Positions 38,966-52,784 of a stretch of DNA of 64,000 nt are shown here, piece after piece. The first letter of the stretch is position 1, and every line of letters begins with the position of its first letter. Location: NCBI RefSeq assembly GCF_018977255.1, contig NW_024704743.1:51338001-51402000 (forward strand), given 5' to 3'. This stretch comes from Callorhinchus milii. Lineage: Eukaryota. The position numbers and the translations under genes are program-made. Under the pieces are notes generated by a model, which saw only the letters and a list, made by a program, of their open reading frames with translations, was not told where the DNA came from and ran no database searches.

Positions 38966-40699
38966 ATTTTTACCAAGACTAAACCGTGTGTGTGTGGGGG
39001 GAGGGGAATGAAGATAATAATTGTGACTTTTTCCAATTATTATCTCTTTCAATATTTGTTCCTGAACTTTACTAGGAAATAAATAGCCCATAATCCATAT
39101 TATGATATAAGCTATGAAGTGCTTTGGGGCGTCCCTTCTGATGTGAAATGCGCTCTACCAAACACAAGAATTAATTTTATTATTTTGTGTAGGCATTTCA
39201 AAATATTTCCTGAACTTAATTTATCTCGTGATGTACTAACACAAATAGTTTTTTGGCTGCTTTATTTGCCACAAAGTAGGTTTGTGATACTCTAAGGGTA
39301 TTCGACCANTTTTTTTCTGGCAGGAGCCATAATGCAATTTGTGAAGCTTGAAATCCATGCTAATGTGTCTCAGAACTTATTCTCAGCAAATGTGTAATCA
39401 TATGTCATTTATTCACACACCGGTTCCATAAATGCTAGTTAAATCCAGATGCAACGTTGGCATGACACTCTAAGTAAGATGAAATGCATATTAGATTTGG
39501 CAGCAAATGGCTTACTTTTTTCTTCACACCAATGAATCATGGGCAATTCCTTGGTGGGGAATTTTTAAATCACACTGCAAATCTCTACTGATACATCTGT
39601 GGCCAGAACACCAGGAGGACTGGTGGTTGATAATCCCACGCACCATTCATTTCATTTATATTTAAAGCCGCACTGGCCCTTAACTGGGGATTCTTCAGAT
39701 TGATGTAATCGCTAAAGAAGTCTGCTGATGAAAAACATTTATTCCTTACATCATCTTCTGCTAATATTTAATGACAATGTTTTTAACTGAAAGCAATGTA
39801 ACATAAGTAAATATATTTTGTGGATTCACACCTTCTGACCTTTGCTCTTCACCCTCATAGTTGTGGCTCTAAGATTAGTAGGATTCCAGGGGCAAAGGGA
39901 AATGGCCAACTACACAAGTAACATGTGCTACAGATATCAATTGATCCTCGAAAAAGCATCCCCCAAAACTTATATAATGAAAGGAACACAGTTTTATTTG
40001 CAACTTGCTTCAGGAAAATCAAACATTATTTTTAACACATGTCATGTAATGCACTTTATAAAAGTGCTAAGATAGAAAAGAATTGTATTCATTAAGATTG
40101 CTCAAAGCAATTGACAGCAGCAAGATAAACAAGATAAGATAAGCAAGATAAGATAAACTAAAAGTGCTTGAAGCTTTTTTTCTGCTTTTCAAGTAGAATT
40201 ACAGCCTTAAAAGTAGTGGAAAACTATTAATGTTACTGGCTTACTATAATCAATATTTCAGAAGTATTTCATATAGAAGGAACAATCGTAATGCTCGATA
40301 TTATAAATCTCCCAATTAATTTTGTAATTGTACGCCTGCAGGGCTGCATTGGAATGTCAGTTTAGACTATGTGATTCCATGTCCCAACGTGGGGCTTGAA
40401 CCCACAAACTTCTGACTCAGAGGTGAGAGTGCTACAATTTTTACTTCAACATTTCTACTGGTGTGATGTTCCTTTGTTAACCCAAACTAGTCTTATTCAG
40501 CATTCATCAGAATGTAGCAATATTTTTTCTGGGTTCAATGGTCTGTCATTTAGATATGTTCATTGTTTCATCAGAAGCTGGGTTGTTCAATTTCTGGTCA
40601 GATTTTCTTCTCCTCTTAAGGCATTTAACTCATTTTTGCATGGTTCGTGGTTCCACATGTAGGCACCCTCTATTACCACGTCCAAGTAGTTATTATTTG

Positions 40700-41080
40700 T
40701 TAGTGGGTTAAAGTCCCACATCAGGACTTTGATTTGTTTAGTAAATGCAGTCCTGGAGGTGTGCTGTATCCCAGGAGGTGGCATCCTTTGGATAAGATGT
40801 TAAACGAGGTCCCATCTGGCTGTTAAGAAGGACGTTAAAGATTCCAGGGCACTATTCAAAAAGAGAAGGGAGTTTCTGCTGATGTGCTAACAAACCCCCA
40901 AATAAAATTGATCACTCACTCTTTGGCTGTTTGTAAGATATTGCTGGGCACAAGTTTGCTGCTATGTTCAACCACAACGTATACAGTCACTCCGCTTTGC
41001 AGAATATCTTGTGAAGTGCTTTGAGACATCCTCCTGACATGAAAGGAACTCTATCAAATGTTAGGATTATCATTATTATT
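40700..41080 (+). mobile_element. Deu-domain SINE
   Basis: gtgggttaaagtcccac, ggataagatgttaaacgagg core and tail. Confidence 0.8.
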
Positions 41081-41550
41081 TATGAATAAGTCTTTACAGT
41101 GAATGTTGGCAGATAATTCAACTTTGATTACACTCCAGCCCTCCCCTGACATCTACACAAACAACTTCAGCAAGGGCCACAACACAGCAATATCTCAGGC
41201 TGATTGCCCACCCCACTAACTCAAGGTAGTGAGAACAGTTGTAGCATTCCTAGTAGATAAGGCAGCTCAGCACAGACTAGAGATCAAACTGAGCAACTTT
41301 AGCTACTCACTGAATAAACTTTGGAGACCTCAGGGAAGGGAGGGGTCCAAAGTAGGATGATACAAATGCACTGGATATGAAAGAAACTACTAGGTTTAGT
41401 GGCTGATTAATCCTTAAATACAAGTGTCACCCAAGATCTGTGTGAAACAGAATTGACACATGAAACTAAAGTCTCTGTATCTGCAGCAGTTGTCTTAATG
41501 TACAGTCTGACTTTCAAGGATTTGTGTACCTTTCAAGGATTTTCAAGGAT

Positions 41551-42250
41551 TTATCCACAGTGTGGATTTGTAAATGGCAGATCGTGTTTGACCAATTTAA
41601 TAGAGTTCTTTGAAGCACTAATTGAAAGTGTAGATGAAGAAAATGCTGCAGATGTTTTGTATTTGAATTTCCAGAAGATGTTTGATAAGGTGCAACACGG
41701 AAGACTGGTGGGGAAACTCAGAGCACATGGAATAGGGAGAAATGTGGTATTTTGGATAGAAAGGTGGCTGAAGGATAGGAAGCAGATTGTAAGGCTAAAA
41801 GGATGTTTTTCCAGTTGGTGGTGGTAATTAGTAACGTGCCCCAAGGGTCTGTACTGGAGCATGCAGGTACAAACTTTGAGAGTGGCAATGAAAAAAAGCC
41901 AATAGTCTTCTGGGTTTTATTTATAAGGCCAGAGTACAAAATTAAGTTAATAATGCTGAGTTTGTATAAATTATTGGTTAGATCACAACTGGAGAACTGT
42001 GTTCAGTTTTGCGCACGTCACTTCAGGAAAGAGGTTACAGCTTTGGAGAGTATGCAGAGGAGATTTACAAGAATGATAACAGGGATGAGGGGCCTTAGTT
42101 ATTAGGAGAGATTGGAGAAGTTGGGTCTATTTTCATTGGAGCAGAGCAGGTTAAGACATGATAGAGGTGTACATAATTATGAAAGGTTTTGACACTTTAA
42201 ATAGGGAGAAGCTCTTTCTACTGGTAGGTGGAGTCAGTGATTAAGGAGTT
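41551..42250 (+). mobile_element. CR1 ORF2 fragment with internal deletion
   Basis: GFVNGRSCLTNLIEFF, NVPQGSVL joined to YKLLVRSQLENCVQF...QRRFTRM. Confidence 0.92.
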
Positions 42251-45200
42251 ATAGTTATAAGTAGTCCACCTTGTGGTAAAGACCTCTGTAGACTTTTGTA
42301 GGTTTTGAGAGTGAAGTAGACAAATATATCAAAGATAGAAGCTCAAGGTATACAGGGATTGGATAGACCAATGAGATTGAACGAATATCTTGCTCTGAGA
42401 GCCAGTGCAGACTACTTTGTGTTTTGAATCTTTTAGATGCTAAAAGCAAATGTTATATTTATGAAAATATTGTATATAATGTTGAAACTATCACATCATA
42501 TTTTTGGCCCCTATGTATGTTACTAGTTGAACTGAACAATATAGTTTCTGCACATGAGAGGTGCTTTGAAATAATCCCCAAATGTTCTGGATCTAAAGGT
42601 GCCAGACAACCCAAAGCATACCCACTAAAACTGATGCACTGGCTTATAAAAGCTTATCACTGTACGCTTCTGAATGGCTTTCTTGTAAAGCGTAATTCAC
42701 ATTTTGAAAGGAAAGGATTTTCAGTAAATTAAGAAGAGGTCAAAGGACCCTCAATAGGTTCTAAAGTGATGTGGCGTAAAAATGACAATAAGAGAAAGTT
42801 TGAGTGTAACGGAAATCTCGGTGTGAGTGCAAAGTAACATGTTAAGAAAGGTTTGTTCAAGCAGTGAACAGCTGCAATAAGTCACTGCAGATCTCATCTA
42901 CTGAGCTGAAATTGGGTAATTTACACAGCAGTTTGTGATCCTCAAACAGTTTGTAATGTTCCGCATTATTCATGCCACAACATGGGGCCCTGGACTCCCA
43001 GGTAGAGTGTCCAAGCTGCCTGTTTGTTCTGTGGCTGAGACTTTGCTGTTTGAAAATTGCCAGGCAGTAACGGAGGCCGACAGATCTTGGCTAATGTGAC
43101 ACCCCAAGGCCTAATCTCCTTAGAGAACTTGGATAAAATAAGTATCTATTACAGAATCAACCTTCATCCTGCCCCCTTCTGAGCCCTGCCACTCCGATAG
43201 CCGAATCTTAGACAATTGCATCATTCTGGATTTAATCAGGTATTAGTGGCTAATGCTGTAAGAGAAGCAGCTAATCTCCATATTTACTCCATCTGTGCTG
43301 CTGGACCTGACTTGCTGGATCTTGGCAGATCAAAGAGTCCTAGTGAAATCAGATTAGAAGTGAGGGGAAAGGGGAGGAACAGGGACGCAAGAGCCAGAAT
43401 ACACTGAACTCCTCATGAAAAGTCTTGTATGTGTTTAAGTTCTTACGGTTTAATCCTACGGCAGCTCACTGCATGGATTTTATGCATTACCAACTTTAAA
43501 GGGCTGCTGAAGATTTGTTACACTCATCCTTTGGCAACTGTTACACGCTTTATTCCCCTCAACTTTTTGACGATTTTTGCAACAAAGGAACCTCTTTTTT
43601 TGATGTGATTGAAATGGCTGCAGGGTTTGTTTAGTCGCAGAATATGGAGAATGTGTCTTGTAAAGAAACATCGTTAAAATGAGTTTGACTGATTTTTCTG
43701 AAGAAATAAATGTCTTTGCTTTGTGTTCAGAAGCTTTGCCCACTTGAAATGAAGGAAAGAGCACCATGTAGCATTATGTTTACACTGGGTGTTTCAAAGC
43801 TTGGTCCTCAAACCCATAATGCTAGTACTCCTGATTGACTGTGTTTATACTTCTTTCGACGTGGACTCAGTTTTAAAAATATTTCTCGCTTAATAAAGAG
43901 GTCAATGTCAGATCAACCTTTGTGGTGATATTCAAACCTTGCGGGCGAGCATTGTGGTGACAGGAAAGCGTAGGTTGAGAGGAAGATAAATCCTGTACTG
44001 AATCTGTCCATCATCCATGTGAAAATGACCCATTCAATGTGTCCACTTAAAACCAGTAGGGATTCTGCTTATTGTAGGCCAATGCTTCAGTGCAGCACAG
44101 GGGGAGTGCAGCATTAGTTTGAGGTGCTATGTTTTGAATGAGATGCTAAACCATAGTCCTGTCTGCTACCAGTTCTCTTGATGAATGGTCATTAACCTCA
44201 TGTCTGTTTGAGACATTACTGAAGCAAATGGTTACTGTGTTTGCCCAGACAAATACACTCACTGTATTTGCCAGTATTTATTTGTGAGTGAGATGAGGTT
44301 TTCGGTGAGATATTTTCAATGAGATGAGGCACTCTTGGAGAACGATTCCGGTAAACGTTATGCTTTGGCAATATCATGGCAATTCCATTAGTTTCGAACA
44401 TTGCCAAAGGTCATGCAAGTATTTTTCACTAGAATTTTTCCCCCTTTAAAATGCAAATTGTTTCTTTATTTTAGTTCATGTGATTCATCCTGTCAAAGCA
44501 AGATCAAATTTTTATAGCCCTTTTTTAGTTCAATCTGAACAGCAACACTCAGCGAAAGATTGACACAGTCCCTGGTGCAACGTTCTTACACAGCATACGG
44601 CATATAGATTCTACTTCATTTATATGTTGACAAGGAAAAATACAAGCAACCTTTTACTTTTTTTTGTGTGTTCCCATTTCTTTCACTTGGTGTAGAAAAG
44701 TGACAGCTTTTTCTAACTTCAAAATCTCCGGTACTTTGTTGCTGTTTTACCTGTGCTGCATTCCTGCCAAAAGATTTCATTTAAATAAAACAAAAATTAT
44801 GTCAGTCACACAAAAAGTGAAGAGACCATGTCATCCACACAGTGAGGGGTGACTGAAACTGGTCACTGAATGGCAGCTTCTTGCTGTTTCCACAGTCTGG
44901 TGTGGAATGAATAGAGCACAATTGTGGCACTTAATGCTGCTTAGTGATGTTGTAGGTTAACGTCAGGTTAAAAAAAAATTGGAAATTGGATGAGAAGGAC
45001 ACTTTTATCTATTCTGTATTTGTGTGTGTGCATGTTTGTGTGTGTAATTGTGTGCGCGTGTATGTGCATGAGAGGGGTGGAACAAGGATATCATGAAAAA
45101 TCACAGTACATGTTTTAGTAAGCCACAGCAACAGACTAATGAGATAGTAATAAATATTCGAATGGCTGGTGTGGCAGTGTGGTATTTGGGATGCTCGACT

Positions 45201-45924
45201 CACATCGGCCGGTGTTTGTGACTGCTTGATGTCGGAATCTGCCAGCCACATGTTTTGTGAGTTGTGTCACTTTTGTAGTTGGCCTAATTAGTTGGGCATC
45301 CTACTGAGGTGAAGTGTTTCAACTCCTCACCTCAGGGGTAGAGCATAGCTCATCTCACCCCATGGCAAGCGTACCTCCTGTAGGTTCAATATGGAGCAGT
45401 ACTGCTAGTATGGCAGTGCAACAGTCAGTAATCCTACCTGCCCTACCCTCCCAGCTAAAGGAGATTGCACAGAGGAAAGAGGCATTAAATCTAACTGTTT
45501 GGGCTGAAAGGTCACCACCCATTATGCCGTCAACTGTTTTTCCTATTTAGCTGGTTTATTAAAAATGTCATGATTTTAGTAAACCAAATAGAAGTGTACA
45601 ATGAATAACTTATCTAGTTATTTTATTGGCCTGATTGTTCCTGATACTACCGATAATCTAAACTAAGATGAGTTAGAGATTGAGCATGCATTTCCTGGGA
45701 GCATTGTATTTTAGAAAGAATGATATTTTGCGGCAAATTTATAAATTTATTATAAATAACAAAGATTTGTTTCCTCCTCCAAACCAGGTTGCTTGTGAAT
45801 TATGCGTACTTTGCTCCATGATCGACATTTTATGTGTGTACATTCACAGATACACTTCAGAAATGTATTGATTTCAGGCCATTTGCATATTCAAACCTTA
45901 TATCCTGGCTCTCACTTGCCTTGC

Positions 45925-46100
45925 TTTCCTTTACCTCCACCTCTCCCACTATCTTTCCCCCTGGTCTGTTGAAACACTCATCCATTCCTTCATCATGTCC
46001 AAACTTGACTATTCAAATGTCCAGCTCACCAGACTCCCCAGATATTCCCTACCCAAGCTGCAGACCACTCAGAACAATTCCTTGCCCTTTTACTCTCTTG
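45925..46100 (+). mobile_element. Old L2 fragment
   Basis: MSKLDYSN...KLQTTQN motif. Confidence 0.65.
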
Positions 46101-46904
46101 CTTCAAAACTCACCTTAACCCAACTTTTTGACTGTGGTTTTGGCCCCCTTTCCCCACCAGCTTGGGTTCCCATTCTTTTGGTTTGAGGCATCATTGAAGC
46201 TTGCTGGACAGTGATCACAATGTTAATATAAATTATTAGTAGGTTAAACTCTAGCAATATCCCAACCAAGTCTCCTTGACTCTTGCCTGTCACTGCCTGA
46301 TGCTCTCTGATATGAAGTAAGCAAGATGTGTCCTGCCAGGGGTGGTGCACATGTTTGCATTCCATTTCCAGACACAGAAATATTTCAATGTGCAGATGGT
46401 ATGCAAAAGTGGAACTTTCAGTTTGGATTAGATTTGCTTAAGTATGATGATGGGTTAGCCCACACACCCTCCCCCAAAAAGGACCAACTGTAAAGCTGAA
46501 AAAAAACAATTTATGGAATGAGATCTCCACTGGTGGTGACTGCTAGTATCTATGAGAAATAAAGAGATGGGTGAAAAATGTAAAGTGATAATTACATAAC
46601 ATACCACAATTTTAAACATATATTTGCTAAAAAAAAACTATCCAGCCAGCCACCTCATAGCTTAGCCATGAAATTTACAGTCACACTGACACTCAAGAAC
46701 AAAATGCTGCTTAAGGGAATCAGAAATGTTTTAAAAATATGAATAATAAAGATCATCATAAATGTGTAATACGACATGCCATGCTTGGTTGTATGAAATT
46801 AGCCTCCTGCTGTTTTTTTTAACAACTCTATTTTCACTTAGAGCAGTGCAGGGGACTGCTTAGAGTTGCCTTCGACGCCATGCCATGTTTTTGTATAAAA
46901 TATA

Positions 46905-47560
46905 CTTTTATCCCCTCTCATCTGAATGTTCTGGATGAAGCTGTGGTGCAATTCCAAAGGTGCCAGCTGTCTCCAGTACCTCACCCAAGTGACTGTGGTC
47001 ATGAATGAGCTCAGAGAGGGAGCATTGCCAGGCTATTTGATTGAGGTATTTAAAATAATGAAAGAAATTGACAGGTTAGATGGAGGATGATTCTTCTCTC
47101 TGGTAGAGCGATCCATTACAAGAGGCCATAGCCACTAATCACACCTAGACAGAACTGAGGTCAGAAAGAATTTTGTCACACAGGGGTTTGTGAAAATGTG
47201 GAATGCTCTGCCCTAGAGAGCTGTTTGTGGGGGACACTACCGCAGGCAATTGGCTGTCGCGTTTCATCCACAAAATATACAATCAATTCAGTTTACAGTA
47301 TATTCTGTGAAGCTCTTTGAGACGTCTCAAAGACATAATAAGGCACTATATCAAATACAAGGATTATTATTATTAGAGCTGTAGAGCCAGAATCAATAAG
47401 AATATTAACTGGGGAGATAATTTTCTCTCCCAATTCCAGGAGGGTAAGCACTACCACTAACCTCGCCAACTCAATGTACACTGGGGATCAAACATGGGAT
47501 TGTCTTGGTTTGTATGGTACAGCATTCTACTGGGAACTGGCTTTGACTATTGGGGAGCTT
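46905..47560. mobile_element. Nested cluster: old SINE-like element split by a CR1 fragment (about 47040-47225) and a SINE 3' half (about 47225-47375)
   Basis: gattgaggtatttaaaataatgaaag...gtggaatgctctgcc (CR1) then SINE tail; flanks match the old repeat at 16070, 16560, 41085 and 58880. Confidence 0.65.
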
Positions 47561-48044
47561 AGGCTACTGCATACTCATGGAGAATGTAATGAGACTGATG
47601 CCCTTATTTGGACAAATACGTTACATACAAAATCATTGCTTTCTGTGGTAGTTGAACACTAGCTTCTCGATTGCATTATTCCAAGGATCATTTTCCTGAT
47701 TTTATTACTTTGGAGAAAATGACAAATATGTTTGTACTCCATTGAGCAAAAGTTCTGCATGATTATAATGGGAAATACTATTAATAATAATATAGTCATA
47801 ATCATAATAATCTTTGCATTTGACGTAACACATTCTCAAGTCAGCAAAGTATCTAAAACATTTTCACAGGATTTACTGTAACTTGTAGTGATGGTACATT
47901 GTGGGCAAACATGGTAGTGTGTGTGTCTCTCTCTGTTTAAATGTGTGAAAAAAATATTATTCGGTTATACTGGGAACAAAATGACCAGTTGTACTCAGGG
48001 AATGTGCTCTCATCATGCTATGAAAAAAACACACAGATGGTACA

Positions 48045-48313
48045 CAATAATAATAGCAATAATCCTTGCATTTGATGTAGTGCTTTTCACATCTTCTAGA
48101 CGTCTCAAAGCACTTCACAGAATATACTGTAAAGTGAATTGACTGTATATTTGTGGGCGAACTGCGGCAGCCAATTTTTTTTTCTCTCTTGAGGGATTAT
48201 TATCAGGTGTGTGGACTAAGGAAACTTGACCAAGGTTTTGCCTTGCCGGGAAATGAACCCAGGTCTCGGGCTTGCGAGGCGAGTGCTCTAACCACTGAGC
48301 TACAGGACTCCAC
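48045..48313 (-). mobile_element. tRNA-Ala-headed SINE, short variant
   Basis: gtggagtcctgtagctcagtggttagagcactcg head and tail. Confidence 0.93.
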
Positions 48314-49809
48314 AATAAGGCCAAGACTAAATAAACGTGTGGCTGCACTGGTGTTAGCATTAAGTCTCAAGGCAGGCAAAAGGCACAAAGGAATACATAG
48401 GCAAACTCACAGAGCAAACTGCACTGACAAATAATGGTGTGGAGGCAGTGGCTGGTAGGCTCTTAAAGACAGATAGAAGGATAAGACATGGGTTATCAAA
48501 TTTTGGGTTTGTATTAGAAAATAAAATGAGTTGCCATTTTAAATATTCCAAAGCATTATTCAGATCTGCTTTTACGGGTGACCTTAGGGAGCTTATAAAA
48601 ATAAGTTTGTGACTCCACGTTCCCTGTGCCTGTCCAGCCCCCAAAAGGCCCACAGTCTGAAGAGAACTGTGAATTGCCATTTTGGCTGTTGTACTTTACC
48701 TCATTAGAGTGGATTAAGCCGTGATGCTGAGTAGGATAAAAGGTGACTGCCGGGGAGGAGAAGGACTGGGCGGCTGAGAGAGAAAGCACCAAGTGTCATT
48801 TGTGTGCTGACACTATTATTGACTGGAGCCCATGCGGTTCACACTTTTCAATTATGGCTGCTAAAGCAAAGGTGGCCATTAATTGCAAAGGCTGATGCCT
48901 GAACAGCAAATGTCAGGGGAGGCTCAATAACCCCTGTCTCCTCTTCTTGGAACTTGACTTGAGGATGTTCAAGGGCGGGACCCTACAGGCTGCTCTCCCA
49001 ATGGAGAGCAAGAGGCTTCAAAAGCGAATCGCGTTTAGCAGTTGCAGCTAAGCGCACAATCTGTGCCTTTTTTTCCCTGTAGTGTCAAAGGTTTTCTACA
49101 CAGTGGTGAAATGTGCATGACCGCACATTGAGTGTTGCATACACTCCGACAATGTATTTAATAGAAACAACCAAGAAATAGCCTTGCGATAACCTTCACA
49201 TTGGCAGTCACTATTGTCTTGAAACTACTGTGGCTTTCTCCAAGGCCTTTCCCTAATAATATCTTTTTTTTAATGGACCAAGGTTTGCACTCCAGAGGCT
49301 TCTTGTTCCCTTGGTTATTCTACTTCTTTGCAAACACCATCATGCTATGGATCTGGATGAGATTAATAGAACCCACATACAGAAATCGACAATGTGGACA
49401 CTGTTGAGTATATGATACGTAACATTTCAAATGAATGTAAGTTTATAAAGGAAAGAGTTTTTCATCAATCCTTCAGTATTATCAATCATTCGCACAATTG
49501 CCATCCATTTGTGTAAAAGAAAACACTTTTTCTTTGTAATAGATTTACATTGAATATTTTAATATGTCTTTAACTACTTTCCAATGACTGCTGTCGAATG
49601 ATTGATAATTCTGCAGAATTGGTTAAAAATTCTCTTTTTTATCATCTGACATCACATTTGACTAACTTGTGAAATGTGTGCTTTACAGCTTAATAATATA
49701 TTTAAGACTGCTGTGATTTAATCCATGCTTCACATTTTATAAAAAGAGGAATCTTTTTAATATTCATTTTAATTGTGTCTGCACTTACATTCCAATCACT
49801 AACAATATT

Positions 49810-49998
49810 ATAAATAATGATGCTTGCATTTGATTTAATGCCTTTTATGTCTGAAAGACATCTCAAAGTGCTTCACAGGATTTACTGTAAAATGAAATGA
49901 CTATATTTGTTAGGTGAAGACAGCAGTCAATTTGCACACAGCAATATTCTCCAATTAGTTTTATCTTGGGAATTGTTGGTGAGGACACTGGGAGAAAC
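49810..49998 (-). mobile_element. Deu-type SINE 3' part
   Basis: Tail plus ggacactgggagaaac. Confidence 0.7.
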
Positions 49999-50914
49999 AA
50001 TGTAATACTAATTTGTGTAGTTTGTGCTGTGAGCCTGCACCTATTATTGATTGGATTTGAAAGTTATCACTTCCCTCTCCGACTTCTCCCTAGCTCGGCG
50101 TCCAACCCCACCACTATGCAATGCTCCAAAACCTAAGCTGTATCAAAGGTGCTATGTAAATGCAAGTTGTTATTGTTGCTGCTGTTGTTGTTGACAGAGC
50201 ATCCCTCAGTGATAGCAGTGATAGTATTATTGGTCACTGCCAGAAAAGATGATGTAAACCAAATCTCATGCTGGGATCATAATGTACATTATGATGATTT
50301 GCAAGGCCTTCGCTTGAAGATTTACTCTGATGGTCACCTGAACACCAGGTTTACATATTATTGTTTTTACAAGGCACTGTGGATGACATACCAGCCAATC
50401 TGGCACATCAGCAGTGTGTGACACACCAGTGACTGGGGGCAGGGATTCTTCCCACTCTCCTCCTGTTAGTCCTGCAAACTAAATCTCTATTGCCCTGGGT
50501 AGGATGATCCCAACCACACAAACAGCAGACAATTTGACAGACAGTGTTTGCAATGGCAAGATGTGTGATTTTAGCTGGTTAAACACCAACAAAACCTCAA
50601 TGCACACTCTTGGGCTCAAAGCATTGGCTCTTGCTTACCAACACCTAACACTGTACTTTCCAGATTTGGGTAAGCAGGGTACAGCCTTCCTGGGAGAAAA
50701 TACAAATATCATTCCAGACACAGGGAAATTTCCATGTCTAGGTGGTATACATATGTGGAACTCACAAATCTGGTATTGATATTCTTAAGAATATCAACAC
50801 CAGATGGATTGATATGAAGAAGGTGATGGATTTCTAAATGTGTCAGACATCTAGCTGACTATATAAAAAATATTCTTGAGACTAAAATGTTTTCTATTGC
50901 ATTGAGCATTGAGT

Positions 50915-51958
50915 GCGGATGACACCCAACTCTACCTTTCCTCCTCTACTCTCAACTCCACGACCACCGATGTCCTGACAGCCTGCCTGTCCGACATCGA
51001 GTCCTGGACGAGAGACAACTTTCTTCAGCTCAACGTGCGAAAAACTGAGGCCCTCCTGATTGGTTCGCGTCAGCGCCTCCGCACCTCAGGCGCCGACATC
51101 ATCAGCATCCAAGGCTGCACTCTCCACCTCTCAAAGCCAGTCAGGAACCTCGGCGTTTTGTTCGACCCTGAGCTGTCCTTTCTCCCTCACATCCGCACCA
51201 CAACTGGCACCGCCTTCCATCACCTCCGGAACATCGCCAGACTACGGCATTACCTCACCCCTCACGCTGCTGAAACCCTGGTCCACGCCTTTGTCACCTC
51301 AAGGCTGGACTATGGGAACTCTCTCCTCGCCGGCCTTCCCGCCACCTCCCTCCACAAGCTGCAGGTCATTCAGAACTCTGCAGCTCGTGTACTGTCCCGC
51401 ACCAGGCTTCGGGACCACATCACTCCCACCCTCGCTCGCCTCCACTGGCTTCCCATCCCCCAGAGGATTGAATTCAAGATCCTCATCCTCACCTACAAGG
51501 CCATTCACGGCCTCGCTCCCTTCTACCTCTCCGACCTACTATCCCCCTACCTACCTGCCCGTACCCTCCGTTCCTCCGGCTCCAGTCTGCTCCACGTCCC
51601 CCGCCCCAATCGCCCTACCATCGGTGGTCGGGCCTTCAGCCTCTCAGCCCCGAGGCTCTGGAACTCTATCCCCCAGTGCCTTCGCCGCCTTCTCCCTTTC
51701 CTCCTTCAAGGCCGGTCTCAAGACCTTTCTCTTTGACCGAGCCTTCAGCTCCCCTCTCGACTCTCTTCCCCCTTCTCGCTCCCTCCCTCCCCTCACCCTG
51801 ACCATTTCCCCCCTCCTCGCTCCCTCCCTTCCCTCCCCTCACCCTGACCATTTCCCCCCTGTTCGGGTCATGACCCAACTGTGCAGCGCCTTGGGTCGTC
51901 CTCCTGACGTGAAAGGCGCTTTATAAATGGAATCTTGTTGTTATTGTTGTTGTTGTTG
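50915..51958 (+). mobile_element. Young L2 LINE, truncated at the YADD motif
   Basis: ADDTQLY...NFLQLN...SRLDYGNSLL frame (50909-51736), many CpGs, (ttg)n tail, direct repeat ttgagt at 50909 and 51956. Confidence 0.97.
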
Positions 51959-52784
51959 AGTATTAAATTGAATTTGTTGTACAGTACTGTTTAATCACAA
52001 CAAATAATCATTTTCCATTATGATCATTACTAGTTACCAGAATGAGGGCATTTGTTTGTATGTATAAAAATAGGAAGTGGAAGTTATTTGATCTGTGTTA
52101 CAAGTGTTGAAATCCAGTGATAGGCACTGCTCCCATATCACAAGTGAGGGGAGATCAGCTGTCCTTTGGGCTCTGTCAATGTTGTACTTGAGCCATTGAA
52201 TGTGCAAGAGTGGAGAAAGTTATTTATGCTCAGATTTCCCCACCTTCCTTTGAAGAATTGCTGACCTTCTCCTTGACCCGTCACAATGACCTAGTTGAGA
52301 TTAGGAGCTTTTTGACCCTACCTACATAAAGTTGTGTGGCGACAAATCTGCTGTTGACTAGTTTGCCGACCAATCCTGGTATATTAACAACTGTTTTTTG
52401 AATTCAAAGTGAAAGAAGGTGGCGCTTTTTTTTTGCATGTATGTTTATATGCATGTGATTATATTTGCTTTTAAGCCAGTAAGTTTAGGAATTTCTTAAC
52501 AAATTGTGAAAACCCATTTATAAACCAATGCTTGCAAAAAAGGAAAATACTTAGCTATACATGCTATTAACAAATGATGGATACAAACTACTAAACCAGT
52601 TGTTTTATTTTCTTTGTTAATCTTATTGTCTTTGTGGCTAAGCAAGCTTGTGGAGAATTGCAAAACCAGGTTTTTCCTTGAATACTTTCAAAAAGAACCA
52701 AAACCAGTCAATGAAACAGGATTAATAATTTATCCATATTTTATTTCATAAAGAAGTTCAAATTAACTACTACCTATTTTATAA

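Noticed and set aside
39309..39309. Single N bases (also 59065)
   Set aside because: Assembly ambiguity next to homopolymer runs, not biology
45161..45250. miR-34/449-like seed TGGCAGTGT in a weak hairpin
   Set aside because: The rest of the sequence does not match the mature miRNAs and pairing is too poor for a pre-miRNA
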